Assembly: GCA_964016885.1 (NCBI GenBank)
Contig: OZ024754.1
Location: 46,004,001 to 46,068,000 of the forward strand
Direction: 5' to 3'
Source of the DNA: Eledone cirrhosa
Taxonomy: Eukaryota
Length of the DNA stretch: 64,000 bases
Part shown: positions 16,378 through 32,467 of the stretch, one piece after another
Layout of the letters: the number at the start of each line of letters is the position of its first letter
Numbering within the stretch: position 1 is the stretch's first letter
Made by a program: the position numbers and the translations under genes
The notes under the pieces: model-generated
Seen by the model: only the letters and a program-made list of their open reading frames with translations
What the model was told of the DNA's origin: nothing
Databases searched by the model: none

Positions 16378-16780
16378 GAGAGAGAGAAAGAGTGCTAACG
16401 TGTGTGGTGTCTATGTACAGAAACATAGAAACATCCACTCACATAATTGCAGGGGCGTAGACGAGTCAGAATTGATATTCCCAATACTATTGCTGCATTC
16501 TCTACAATTCTCATGACTTGAGTGCTTTCTGTTATGGTCCATTGCATCAAATTACTGTAGAAACACTATCGTGTGTTTGATAACATGTTTATTGTTTAGG
16601 ATGTTGAGTACAACGTTCGACTAAACAACCAATTTACTGTTAAAGAAAAACATGAGAAACTATTTTTTATTCCGTCCCAAGCTGATTCAGTAAGAAAATA
16701 AGAAAGATACATAATGAAATTGTAAGAATGTATGTATATGTATGTGTATTTCTCTCTCTCTCTCTCTTTCTCTCTCTTTT

Positions 16781-16884
<104 letters not shown>

Positions 16885-16910
16885 AATATATATATATATA
16901 TGGGTGTATG

Positions 16911-16990
<80 letters not shown>

Positions 16991-17194
16991 AGATGGTGAT
17001 TTTGAACATTTCCTTTCTATCAAATATGTTTATCCTTTGAGGTTATCATATTCAATTTTAGAAAATTGTAATAATTCTAGGAGTAAAGGAATTCCTTTGT
17101 CGTTAAATTGTTTTCATTAATACATGTAATTGCTGGCAATTGGTGCGACAGAAGGGCATCAGACTAAGCGAAGAGCAATATTTAGCTTTGTCAA

Positions 17195-17406
17195 CAATGT
17201 TGGATGGTAGAATTGGTATAGCGTCGGATAAAACATCGTTGCAGTATTTCGTCCTTTACATTCTGAGTTCAAATCCCACCGATGTTAACTTTGTCTTTCA
17301 TCCTTCCATTGTCAATAAAATAATTCAGTCACCTACTGGGTTTTATTTAATCAGCTTTGCCTTTCCCCTAATTTTTTCTGGCCTTGTGCCTAAATTAGAA
17401 ATCAAT
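17195..17406 (+). mobile_element. Main-family SINE, full length
   Basis: ggtagaattggtatagcgtcgg...ttctgagttcaaatcccacc...ctggccttgtgcctaaattagaaatcaat. Confidence 0.85.
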
Positions 17407-19009
17407 ATCTAAAGTTTGTCCCTGTAATATCTAAGTCCATATATTAATCTTCCATCATAGTGGGATGTTGTAAAATTATGACATAATATTAGGTACGTTT
17501 CGATCGATTTTATGCTGAACCTTGCAAAATCTGTCCTTACTTGTCTGTAACAAACGAGCTAATTGCATTACAGTTTTCAGTTTCGTTTATCTGTTTATCT
17601 TGGTTCTCATTGCTTATCCTACCTGAGGGAAATTTTGCTTCTCTTTCCAATTAAGGTTGGTAAATACTAGTAATGTTCAGAAAGGGATTTAATTATTTGT
17701 ACATTTTCATCGAAAAAAAAATTAGTTTTTGAAATCGACCCGAAAAGTCATTAGCTTTAACTAGAGTTTAACCAATGACTAACTTATTTAAATAATATTG
17801 CCGAACGTATAAATTTTAATTGTAATTCTATATATTCATGTTTAGCTAGAAGCTTCCCTGCTCCATTAAGGAAGATATAATGATATATACTTGAATACAA
17901 TTTTACTGCTTAACAAATTAACGTTTCGCCCATATTTCCAAATGCTTTTTTGCAAACGTAAGGCATTAGCTTAACCGCAAAATTGCTTAATCGCTTTCTT
18001 ATGGATATCATTCTTCCCTAATTAATTTGGGTTTTTTTATCGATCGCCCATTGTGAGTGTTAACTTTATATATTTGTATTTTTGTTCTGATATATATTGT
18101 AGCTTGAAGCCAAACGTGACCATCTTGTGTAGAATTTTCTGGTTTACAAAAGCAGAAAAATTACCTCTAGTAAATAAAAAATATATTCCAAAACTTGTTA
18201 TTATTTCACTGAAATCTATCATCCAATTTAAGCAAAAAATATAGAATTGTAAAGATTTCTCTGAATTAAAAACAAATTCTATAGACATTTATTTTTTCGT
18301 TTTAATTTGTTACAGAGCAAGTTGGTTTAAAGTGGATATTGCTGACATTATAAAATATCCCCTCCAGGTTTGACAAATAACTACAAATTCAGAAACGTGA
18401 TTAACGTAGTTCAATAGATTATTTATTTCTTTTGTGTCGATTCTTTCCATCAAATTAAACAGTTTCTATCCCTAGATGTGTCTTCATTCAACCAAAGTAA
18501 ATCTAAGGTTTCCCTTAATCGCTCTACTGCACTGGGATTTAGCACCCGTATAATAAACTATCACTACCACGTCCTCCCTTAAATATATAAGTATTTACCA
18601 GATTTGTTATGCTCTATAGTAGCGAAGAAAAGACGATCCAAGGAAATCCTGTTCGCTTCTTTAACTACTTATCTATAACAAGGAAGTTATCAGCTTCACT
18701 AAACCTCATGGTCGATTAGCCACAACATTTAACTCCTTAAACATAAATTGGGTTTTCTGGATATACAAAGCTATTCAGATAACTGTGAGATAAATAAAAT
18801 GCATAGAAACCATCCACTTAAGCGAAACTTAACATCCATGTAAATTTAACATAATCGACCCAACTACTCAGCAAAATTATCTGTATAAATACATGTACGG
18901 AGAGAGAGGGAGTAGATACGGACAGAGGGGGAGGTGATGTGGTAGTGAAAGAGAACCACATGGGAGATATATTTATACATATATATATACACACATATAT
19001 ATATCTCCC

Positions 19010-19902
<893 letters not shown>

Positions 19903-19913
19903 CACAAATTTAA

Positions 19914-20071
19914 TATAGAAATGGCTTCGACAGGACTAGAACTGTTTCATTTGACGGAATGAAGCAGTTCTAGTTCTGTATAAGCCATTTCTATAATATA
20001 TTTGTTGTATACATTCTACTAATGTATTGAGTACCTTACTTGCTGTGGCTATCCCCGGTTGAACCCGGGGG
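19914..20071. mobile_element. PLE pLTR-like fragment with fold-back (arms 19914-19951 / 19958-19995)
   Basis: tatagaaatggctt..caggactagaactgtttcatt / aatgaagcagttctagttctgta.aagccatttctata. Homologous to 58252-58365 and 62530-62657. Confidence 0.8.
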
Positions 20072-20421
20072 ACACACACACACATATATATATATGTGTG
20101 TGTGTGTGTGTGTATACGTATATATTACAAACTCTCCTGCACCGTCCGACTGGTATGTGTCGTTGACAAACAAAACCTTCGCATCAGAAACACGATATGG
20201 TTCAGTTTCCAGATGTACTCGAATCACCAACCTCTAAAGTGACAGTCAAACATCTTACCGCCTGCTAAATAATTTATCTTATATACCTGTACTTATATAA
20301 ACCGTTCGATAATGCAGCAGACCAGAATAAAAGAGAGAAAAAACTTTTAGACATTATTTACGTTGACTTCTCTCTATTATTCCTCTCCTCTTACTCCACA
20401 TCACTTTCCCCTCTCTCACTA

Positions 20422-20500
<79 letters not shown>

Positions 20501-20633
20501 ACTTCCCTGTGTCTGCTTTTTAACCATTTCCATGCTTCCTCTAATCTCAAGATCAACGCCAGTCTAACTTTTTGCGCAAATAAAACTATCTTTTTTATCA
20601 TCATCATCATCACGATCATCATCATAATCATCA

Positions 20634-20722
<89 letters not shown>

Positions 20723-21590
20723 GTTATTGTTATTTTCTCTCTCCCTCCTTTTCTATCTCTCTCTATCTCTCTATATCTCTCTATTTCTCTCTCCACCTCT
20801 CTATCTATCTATCTCTCACACAACCACAACAACTACCACAACAACAACAACTACTACAACAACAACTACCACAACAGTAACAACTACCACATCAGCAACA
20901 ACATCAACCCCAACCACAACCACAACAGCAACAACATCAACCCCAACCACAACCACAACAGCAACAACATCAACATCAGCATCATCAACTACCGCAACAA
21001 TAACTACCACCACAACAACTACCACCACAACTACCACCACAACAACTACCACCACAACTCCCACAACAACAATAACTACCACCACAACACCATCAACAAC
21101 AACATCAACAACATCAGCATCAGCATCAGCAACTCCCACAACTCCTACAACAACAACCACAACAACAAAAGACAGCCTTTGATCTACTTTATTTAAATGC
21201 TACCAAGTTGTTTCATTAATACTGTTATATTTTATTCCTTTTTTCCTTCTTTTTTCCAAAGACTCTCTTTTCAAAGCCTTTTTCTTTTGTCTCATTTTTT
21301 CTACATTTTAATTTCAACATGTTTATAAATTTTGTTGTATATTCATATTCTAGTGAAGAAAAGGAAATTTATATTTTTTTCTTTCAGCCTTAGACGGAGA
21401 AAATAATTAAGAAATGAAAAAAAAAACGTTCTAAAAAAAAAATAATAACCATAAAAAAATACAGAATACAAAAAATTTAAATTAAATTTAAAAATAAAAT
21501 TGATTAAATTTTAAAATAAAGTCTTTAAACAACGACATAGCTTTATTACTTTTATTGCTGGCGTTCTGCTTTTACTTCTTCTTCTTCGTC

Positions 21591-21639
<49 letters not shown>

Positions 21640-21716
21640 TATTCTTGTCTTTCTTATTATTCTCCTTCATTTTCTTATTTTTATTCTTGTTCTCTTTCTT
21701 CGTTTTCTTCTTTGTC

Positions 21717-21776
<60 letters not shown>

Positions 21777-22271
21777 TCAATATCAATTATTATTAATATT
21801 ATCATTACATTACATGTTGTTCTTTGCTATTGTTATTAAAACGTAAGAGATCTCAACTTTGAGATCATTTCGAAGAATAAAGTCTATCTTGTTAGATGTT
21901 CACCAATCTTCTGAAATAACGGTTTTAAAACATTCATAAGGAACAATATAACTTTTTCCCAGAACTTCTTTTAACTAGAATTGGTTTCAACACGCTGACG
22001 CCTATGTGTATATGTGTGTGCGTGTGTGTATGTGCATATATCATACATACATTTATATGTATGAGTATATAAATAAAAACGCGTAAACACAGACATACTT
22101 ACAAAAATACACACTCAGAGACATACATTCACATAAATACATATACATTAACACAAACACACACACATACATTAACACAAACGCACACACATACACACAC
22201 ACATATGAATTTACACAAACACACACATTGTGTGACGGACGGACGGAAGTCGCTCAAATTTATATATATAT

Positions 22272-22468
22272 TACCAAGGCCAACCCTTTTGGGGAGGTGA
22301 AAGTCAATTAAATCGACTCCAGTGTGTTACTGGTACTTTATTTTATCGACCCCGTAAGGATGAAAGGCAAAGTTAACCTCCACGGAATTTGAACTCAGAA
22401 CATAAAGAACCATGAATATATGTCATAAAACATGTTGTCCGACGCTCTACCGTTTTTGTCAGTCCACT
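22272..22468 (-). mobile_element. Main-family SINE
   Basis: caaggcca...tactggtactttattttatcgaccccgtaaggatgaaaggcaaagttaacctc...atttgaactcagaac. Confidence 0.85.
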
Positions 22469-22967
22469 CTCTCTGTAAAATAACGAATGTAATGTGTTGC
22501 TGAGGAAATATTTTAAGAATCAAGCGATTAGCTTGAGATTTGGTGAAAATGTGATCGAGAGAGAGAGAGGAGAGAGAGAGGAGGGAGAGAAAGTGGGGGA
22601 GGAGGAAGAGATAGGCTGTTATGAATAAGTAATGAAGTAGTCTGTAGCGAGTCTTTAACGAAGAAATTCTTGCTATGTTATATCTATAAGGTCACAATGA
22701 GAGACTATAAAAGCAGTAATTTAAGACGATAAGGCCATTTGGACTAATGGTGCGTGGAACAAGACAGGCGTATGTATGTTTCTTCGTCTGATATTGTGTG
22801 AGACAACAGTACATTTATGTGTGTGTGTGAGAGAGAGTGTATGTGTAGGTATGATGTATGTATGCTTATACACACGCACTCACACACATCTATATATAGA
22901 GAGAGAGGGGAGAAAGAGAGAGTTTGTGGTGCTAAGACGGAGGAGATTTCACACATTTCTCTCTCTC

Positions 22968-23065
<98 letters not shown>

Positions 23066-23148
23066 TTTAACAAGGTTCAATTGAATTAATCAATGAATAA
23101 AGTCTTACAATAGATTAGAAGCACTCAACAGTTGGTTTCTGGAGTTAT

Positions 23149-23296
23149 TAATATTACTTCAAAATATTAATAAATATAGACATTCATGTGATCAAATATA
23201 TTTTATTATACATATTTCATACCTCTGAAATATGTATAATAAAATATATTTGATCACATGAATGTCTATATTTATTAATATTTTGAAGTAATATTA
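23149..23296. repeat. Perfect inverted repeat (71-bp arms, 6-nt loop tacctc), PLE pLTR-like fold-back
   Basis: 23149-23219 is the exact reverse complement of 23226-23296. The left arm extends unpaired to (TA)n at about 23061. Confidence 0.9.
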
Positions 23297-23297
23297 T

Positions 23298-23463
23298 AAG
23301 AGGGTCGGACGCCATGCTTTGACGCATACAGTTATGGCCCTTGCCATTCTGAGTTCAAATACCGCCGAGGTTAACTTTGCCTTTCATCCTTACGGGGTCG
23401 ATAAAATAAAGTACCAGTAATACACTGGGTAATTGCTGGCCTTGTGCCTAACGTAGAAACAAT
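23298..23463 (+). mobile_element. Main-family SINE, young short-tail subfamily, 5'-truncated
   Basis: agagggtcggacgccatgc...ttctgagttcaaataccgccgaggttaactttgcctttcatccttacggggtcgataaaataaagtaccag...ggccttgtgcc. Confidence 0.9.
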
Positions 23464-23539
<76 letters not shown>

Positions 23540-23624
23540 GAGAAACAGACCGACAGACAAGCAGACAGATAGACAGACAGACAGACAGATAGTCAGGGAG
23601 ACACACAGACAGACAGACAGACAA

Positions 23625-23720
<96 letters not shown>

Positions 23721-23830
23721 ATACACGAAATTATGTCGTTTATGTAAGCGTTAGTTACTTTCTTTCAGAGCCAAAATAACTAGTTCAATACATACATACA
23801 TATATAATACACACATACATACATACACAC

Positions 23831-24408
23831 ATGGTGGCTGCCAACTCGTTTTCGAGTACGGCCACTACTTTATATCCATGTAGGAGAACCCCTACCGATG
23901 CGATGAACGAGTGTGACATTTTAGTCCAGCCAGCGATTTGAAAACTCTGGTACAAACACTACACTGGCGATAATTATTGACACATAGTGCTGGGCCCATG
24001 GTACCATGTGACGACAAGTGCAGAGAGATCTCCAGATATAAAGCAATGCCTGTGCCGTGAAGCTTTTATAGGGAGCAAAGGCACTGCACAAAGCCAGTCC
24101 CACTCTCTTAACCAAGATGATATTTACCAAAAAGAAGAACAAGTCAACATCATTGGATACTATCAGGGTTGCAGGTGTTATATCAGAGTTTACCTTCTCC
24201 TAGAATTCTGCCTTGACAAAAGGTAAGGGGTCATCTCTCCCGGTGATTTTGGATGGCCATTGACTCTTAAGAACTCCTTTGCCCTTTGACAGGTTTTGTT
24301 TTTAGTCCTGCGGGATGTCCAAAGTCACCCTCCTCACCAAGAAACCTTGGTGGGGTTGCCAGTTTAACCTCCAACGACCCGACCATGAGATAGGTTATAC
24401 TGGGATAC
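23831..24408 (-). mobile_element. Longest (~580 bp) copy of the non-autonomous RTE-derived element in (ACAT)n
   Basis: Homologous to 5096-5478. Has the RTE-type 5' UTR motif, an internal hairpin cctcaccaag/cttggtgggg, and (ACAT)n on both sides. No RT ORF. Confidence 0.7.
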
Positions 24409-24804
24409 ACACATACATACATACATACATACATACATACATACATACATACATACATACATACATACATACATACATGCATACATAGTCTACAAATGGC
24501 TGCGATAGCTGACACCTTCAAAATTTGCAAAACATTCTTGCGATTCAAGGGATGACAATTTCTTTTCTTTTACAACCTTGCCACCAGGAAGGTGGCCGGT
24601 CAAAAATATATACTCGAAATTAAGAGAAAGAGATAACATACATACATACACACATACGTACATGCATACAAACGTATGTACGTATCTGTACGCATGGTGA
24701 CATATAGAAATACGTAACCTACATGTGACCATACGTACATGAGATACAAATCTACGTGCATATATCATATATATATATATATTATATATTATATATACAT
24801 ATGC

Positions 24805-24865
<61 letters not shown>

Positions 24866-24911
24866 CATTCATATATTTATCTATTTAATTATATGTAAAG
24901 AGAGAAAGACA

Positions 24912-25001
<90 letters not shown>

Positions 25002-25431
25002 TATAGATATATATATAGGTATAGATATGTAGACAAACTCACATTAATACATAATATACATTCGTACATACATATGTATGCATACATACATACACACATC
25101 CTGCATCAGTAAAATTAAATAAAACATTATTTTAATCTCAAATTATATTTGAGTATTAATCTTGTATTGAATGGCAAATATCTGTTTGAAGAAAGTATCC
25201 ATGCATATGTAATATGTAATAGCTATATGAAAGGGAATTACAAAAATAATTATCTAGTGGATACACACTTCAGGAATTCTTGTTGTCTGCATCCATACTA
25301 CATCCTTAATTTCTTTGCTGACCATCTAAAGATCTACTCTAGGAATATCTAAAATTCTATGGAACAGCTGGATTATTTAACGATGTTCACCTTGCATTAG
25401 AGATCTCCCTAAACTATATTTTTCCACCTCA

Positions 25432-25876
25432 ATGTTCGACGTAATGAGAGCTACAAATAACATCGAATTGTTATTTCTACTTACAGTAGAGTACGAAACG
25501 TTATGAACATATTTCTTCTTCTTCTTCTTCTTCTTCTTCTTCTTCTTCTTCTTCTTCTTCTTCTTCTTCTTCTTCTTCTTCTTCTTCTTCTTCTTCTTCT
25601 TTTTCTTCTTCTTCTTCTTCTTCTTCTTCTTCTTCTTCTTCTTCCTGGGGGGCTCGTGGGGGCAGAGTCCTCAAGCATTCCTTCCAGCGGGTCCTGTCAG
25701 AAGCAACAGTCTCTTTGATTCTTTTATTCTTCTATACAAAGCATAGGCAACCTTTTTCGAGCTGTAGGCCGCATAGGATGTGGTTCATCATAAGGTTCAA
25801 CGTAACGAGAGCTACAAACAACATCGAATTGTTTTTCTATTTAGAGTCGAGTACGAAACATCATGAACATACTTCG
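25432..25876 (+). repeat. ~82-bp diverged direct repeat pair (25432-25515 and 25794-25876) enclosing (CTT)n
   Basis: gttc(g/a)acgtaa(t/c)gagagctacaaa(t/c)aacatcgaattgtt...gagtacgaaac(g/a)t(t/c)atgaacata occurs twice. Confidence 0.8.
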
Positions 25877-25893
25877 ATTTGCTAATGTCCATG

Positions 25894-26272
25894 GTCACTT
25901 TTAGGCCAATAACTTCCCATGTCAGTTCAGACAGTTGTGGGAAGGGATATCCTATCTGTTGGTCTTTTAGGGTAATTAAGAGTAGTTCCCATGAGAGTGC
26001 AGCCTACTTGAGAAGGGGTGTGCTATCTGTTGATCATTTCTGCCAATTACTTCCCATTAGGGACCAGCCTGTTGGAGAAAGGGTATATTATTTATTGGTC
26101 TTCTTAGGCCAATCCCTTCCCATGTCAGGCCCGCCTGCTCGGGGAAATATTACACTAACTGTCCGTCTTTTGAGTCCTTAAGTCCTACAAGTGGACAGCC
26201 TACTTGGTCATTTAGGCCAGTTATTTCCCACAAAAGTCCAACCTACTGGGGAAGGGACATACTGTCTGTTGG
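25894..26272. repeat. Diverged ~66-bp tandem repeat, about 6 units
   Basis: Recurring ggtc..ttaggccaat.acttcccat...cagcct.ct.gggaaggg...ctatctgtt. Confidence 0.7.
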
Positions 26273-26399
26273 GCGCAACCCCTGGCAGAAGAAACACCAG
26301 TTTTCTGGTGACATGAGCTGAGAAGAAAATACAGAGGAAGATGACAATGGTGACGATGAACTCGACGATGAGGAGGGGGGGTCATGATCATGATAATGA

Positions 26400-26763
<364 letters not shown>

Positions 26764-27088
26764 TTCGGAGGTAAGGAACAATGGTAGTAGGTGATAACAG
26801 AGAGGGAACAAAGCCAGTGGATTAATTAACACAGCTAAAAATATTGGACGATCATTTCTAACAGAGATTAATTAAAGTATTGAGGTTGGCTTGTGTGAAA
26901 GGGGGAGATAATTATATGAGAAGAAGCTGACAAAATGGCTGATAGCGTGATGTAAGATGGGGGAATGTGTTCTGCCGGTTATATTAATTACTTAGTTAAT
27001 GGTGAATTACAATTAAGACAATTTTAGACATTGTTAGTGATACGAATGGAAAGGATTTACCCGAGTTATTTCAATCATTATTAAGTGG

Positions 27089-27119
<31 letters not shown>

Positions 27120-27121
27120 GC

Positions 27122-27176
<55 letters not shown>

Positions 27177-27592
27177 ATAGGGGGTGGTGGGGTTGCTATT
27201 GTTGTTGGTGGTGAAGGGTGTTATTGTTGTTGTTACTGTTGTCGTTGTCGTCGGTGGTGGTGGTGGTGGTGGTAGTGGTGTTGTTCTTGTTGCTATTTCT
27301 GTTGTTGCCATTGTTGTTGTCGTTGCTGATGTTGTTGCTGTTGTTGCTTCTATTATAACTAGGCCAAAAGCTGTTTATTGCACAATGGAGTGAGGGGTAG
27401 GGTGGGGAGGGAGTATCTAAAGGATCAACGTAAACCTTACCGTAGCTTTTCTACTGTTGTCCCTCATGGCTACACCCATTACTGGCGCAGGTAGTCAGAC
27501 GTTTGTTTATATTAGAGAGAGAAAATTAGAGAGGAAGAAAGTGAATGGGGGGAGAGGCGTAGAGAGAGGATAACGGATAGTGAGTGTGAAAA

Positions 27593-27680
<88 letters not shown>

Positions 27681-28209
27681 GGGAAGTGAAAAGAGTAAGA
27701 GAAAAAGAGAGAGAAATATAGATAGGAGTAGAGTGCGAAAGAAATAAACAAACTATGAGGAGAGAGAGAGAGTGGGAGAGAGGTAGAGATAGGAAAGATG
27801 GAGAAATAGAGGAGGAGAGAAAAATATAGAGGAGAGGGAGAAAGAGAGAAGGTAAGGGAGAAAGAGAGAGGTGTGGAGAAGAGACAAAAAGAGAGAAAGG
27901 AAAGGGGGAAAGGAAGAAACAGTGAGACAGAGAGAGGGAGACAGAGAGAGAGAGTGTGTGTGTATAATAAGCTGCATGGGTGTGTAGTTTATTATTAACA
28001 TGCCTGAGATTTTTCTTTCTTTTATAAATTTAAGTAATTTTAAGTTTTTTGTGGAGTTTTTAGAAACAGCCACAGCAATTAACGAATATATATGTAAGGT
28101 TTCATTGACACATAGAGTACTACATACATTGGCTCATAACTACTGATACACACACACATATATATATGTGTGTGTGTGGGTGCATATATATGAAGAGGTA
28201 TATATATCG

Positions 28210-28320
<111 letters not shown>

Positions 28321-29656
28321 GATAGGTATAGATAAATAGATAGATCTGCATGTGTATATGTGTATAGATATATAAAGGTGTGTTTATATGTGTATGTGTG
28401 TGTGTCTCTCTCTGTCTGTGTCTGTATTCCGTGTTTCGTCCTTATGTTAGTTACGACTGATGTGGTAAATATTTGTGAAAAGTCAAGTTTATTTGAACAA
28501 ACAAACTGTTTTATGTCATCCATAATTTAGCGAAAGCATCAACTGAAAAGCCGTTGGATAGTTACCAGTGTATAAAGCATAATCGCTAAAGTTTTCTCTA
28601 ATGTTTATACAAATACTCAGCAGATGTTTTGGGGTGTTAATCCAAATCCTCATGTTTATTCACTTAATTTAATATCGTGCTGCATAAGCTCCTCTGATGA
28701 AACAACCGAGAATTTGCCAACCGGAAGCAAAGAGAAATGAAGAACAAAAAAATCAGTTTTGAATGCAGCCATTTTTTTTTCCTGACTAATCGAATGTAAG
28801 TAGTTTAACATCAAAAGTTACCACAATTACTTTTGTTCTTTTATCGTTTACAAACGTTTTGACGTAATATAATCTTACAGTTATATTTCGCTTTAATATC
28901 CGATTTTAACGGCGAAATTCCTGCGATGGAAACTAGTTCTTATTCAAATCAAACTTCAAAAGCTTATATAATCCGGTTGGCTTCAGTAATGTGCGATTTC
29001 TTCTGTAATAAAAATGTCTCCAGCAATTAGAACTATTTCTTTTGTGTGACTGTTCTTTATTTAAATCTATCCAAGTATCAACCATTACCTTGCCTTTAAT
29101 TGCATTAATGCTAATAGTTTTATTTGTACTAAACATTTACTTTTAAAAATAGGTTTTATACAGGATACCGATTAGAATTTCATGCCCAATTTACTCCCTG
29201 ACAAAATCACTGCGAAACTGTGGCTTTACTAACAACAATTCACTCGTATCTATGAATATATGGGGCAGCGGACATTTTACACTGGAAGCAAGCAATGTTA
29301 TCATGAGAAAATCCTCCGATACAAGATCGATTCTCATATGAAACAATCCACAGGATTTACACTTTGGTGTGAAAGATACTACCAAGTATGACTTGTCCTG
29401 GGTTCCTGTATGAAGACAAAGCTTCAAAGGTTGTTCTTGTTGTTGCTGTTACTCTTGCTGTTTTTGTTTAGCCCCTGGTCATCTCTGATCGAGTCAACCT
29501 AAGGTAATAGACACTCCTTGTATATATGTTTGTAGGTTGGTATATAGGTATGTAGGTATGTAGGTAGGTAGGTAGATATATGGATGTATATATGCATGAA
29601 TATATATGTATGTATATATATATGTGTATATATAACTTTGTCAATACTCTGATATA

Positions 29657-29718
<62 letters not shown>

Positions 29719-29724
29719 TGTTTT

Positions 29725-29883
29725 TAGACGCCATGATTTGTAGCATAGAGTTACGGAGCTTTACGTTCTGAGTTCAAATCCCGCCGAGGTTAACTTTGCC
29801 ATTCATTCTTACGGGGTCAATAAAATAAAGCACTAGTAAAGCACTGGAGTGATTGCTGGCCTTGTGTCAAAAGTAGAAACAAT
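29725..29883 (+). mobile_element. Main-family SINE, short-tail subfamily
   Basis: gacgccatg...ttctgagttcaaatcccgccgaggttaactttgcc...ttgctggccttgtgtcaaaagtagaaacaat. Confidence 0.9.
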
Positions 29884-32467
29884 GTTTGACTCAAGTGTTT
29901 TATTAATTTTTCTAACAATTATACTTTATTAATATATTTATTATTCTGTACACTTTATGTTTCTCTATGCACTCTTGACTGTTCGTGTATGTTTGTGTGT
30001 GTGTGTGTGCATGTATGTATGTATGAATTCATATGTGTATATATATATGTCTTCTGTTGACTTATATATCATATATATGAAGAAAATAATATGTAAAGCA
30101 GCTGGAGATGGCAATATGAAAACTGGAAAAGACTGACAAAGACTGGTAAAGACTGTGTCGTATTTCTACTTAATTCTACCTTGAGGCATAGCCTCGTTTC
30201 TCTTCCTTTAAAGACGCGGGATTTGATAATTCATGACTTCTGTAGAAGTCAGTGCAGTGTGTGTGTGCAGTTGTGTGTATGTGTGTGCATGTGTGTGTAT
30301 GTGTGTACATGTGTGTGTATGTGTGTGTATGTATGTGTGCATGTGTGTGCGCATGTGTGTGTGCATGTGTGTGTTGTGTGGTCATGTGTGTGTATGTGTG
30401 TGCATGTGTGTGTGTGCGTGCGTGTGTGGCTGTGTGTGTGTGCAGATGTATATGTCTGTTTTTGTGTTTTTGTATGTGTGTGTATGTATTTGTGTCTATG
30501 TGTGTGTGCAGCTCTGTATGTGTGTGTGTTTGAGCATGTGTATGTGTGTGCGTGTGTGGCTGTGTGTGTCTGTGTATGTGTATATGTGTGCGTGTGTGCA
30601 CAAGTGTATATATGTGTGCGTGTATATATGCATACATACACACACATTCCATATAAATATATATCATATAAATATATATCATATAAATATATATAAATTT
30701 TGACTCTTGCTATAACTAATACTGTCTCTCTCTCCCTCCTCTCTCTCTCTCTCTCCCTCTCACTCTTCACTCTCTCTTCTTCTCCCTCCTCCCTCTCTCT
30801 CTTTCCCCCCTATCTCCATCCCACTCTCTCGCACTCTCTCTCTCGCTCCTCTATCTTTTTTCTTTCTCTCTGTGGTGCATGCAGTGCAGAATGGTTTTGA
30901 AGTTCACTTTGCAATCATGGAGGTCTTTGATTTCTCGTTGCGCTGTGACTGAGAATTACCATCTACCTGAGTGGAATTGAGGTGAAGAGACTCCACTGGA
31001 GCACCACGAATGGATTGGATCTGTCATTTAAAGTGCCAGCCTTATTGCACATATTATCACATTGTTTTGTTTGGAAATCCCGTTAAGGAGTTGCATGTTG
31101 TGTTCTTGAGCAAAACACTTCATTTCACGTTGCTCCAGTAAACTCAGCTGAACCAAATGAGTACCAAAATCCTCCTTAACTAAGCGGTACAAAGCTTAGT
31201 CATGAGGAAGGGGGCAACATCAACGACCTTTTCAATTTAGCAAAGCGGCTCCATTGAACAGCTCTCGATGTTTCATGTCTTAGTGCACACTATCCTAACG
31301 CCATACTTCCTTCGTGTTTGGCGTCAAAGAAATGGTCGAGGGTCATTCTCGCCACTAACAGGTCAGTTGTGATATCTCTTCTGCGTCTCTCATCTAAACG
31401 ACTAACTAGTTCTTTCTCTACTTTTTCTATAGCTAACAGTTCGTTGGACCTCTTCAATACGTACTGTTATAATGATTTTTCTCTTTAACGAAACCCACCA
31501 CCTGCTGTTTAAGATAGCCTCCGTCACTTCCCCTATACTCCCCTTCTCCTCCCTCCTCCTCCTCCTCCTACAACTACTACTACTAAAACAATGATAATAA
31601 TAATAATATTAATAATAAAATTGATGGTAAATATGTGCATAGGAATAAAAAAAGACATATAAAAATAAATTAAACTTATAAATAAATGAAATGGTGGCTT
31701 TTATATAAAATGTCGATGGCTGCAATCTTTGCAGAAGGCAATAAGATTTTGCGTGTGAACCGGCTATAATGTCAGCTTTATGAAGGTTGTACTGTACCGC
31801 ATCTCTGCATACATCGACTATTTGTGTTAGTAACGAGCGGTAGCAGGGGTCATTTTGGACAGTGAATATGGTTAACGAAACGGTGACGTTGTTTCGCAGT
31901 TTGAAAATTTTCTGAATGCATGCGGCTAGATGAATATTTTGGTATATTTACACACGGAGACAATATAAAGTCTATTCCTATTATACAAGAAAGATTTAAA
32001 ATATGAGATTGTTTATAGTCACACTCTTGAGAAATAAGTGTCAGCATGACTGCCAGAGATTTGGTTCGGTTTATGTCAAAAATTATACTAGCCTTTCTAT
32101 ACGTTAGCTTACATTCTAACTTACAAAACTTACTTCTATACACATGTATAAATTACTTACATATATGCATACGTACGTATATACATATATAGATGTATAA
32201 ATAGATAGATACACAGATACGTGTGTGCATAAATAAATGTACTTAGTTATGTTACTAAATCTCAAAACGCTTGGGTTTTGAAGCAAAGAAAGCAACTACC
32301 TAACTTATATTCTAACAAGATTTGCCTACCTGAATGCAAACATATATGCATTGTACATACAAATTCGAATGCATGGATACATACATACATACATACATAC
32401 ATACATACATACATACATACATACATACATACATACATACATACATACATACATACATACACACGAA

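Noticed and set aside
28690-28735. ctgatgaaac motif
   Set aside because: No pairable stem II or downstream GAAA/UH arrangement.
29191-29427. 78-aa ORF of ordinary composition as a host exon
   Set aside because: No recognisable motif, splice context or neighbouring exons.
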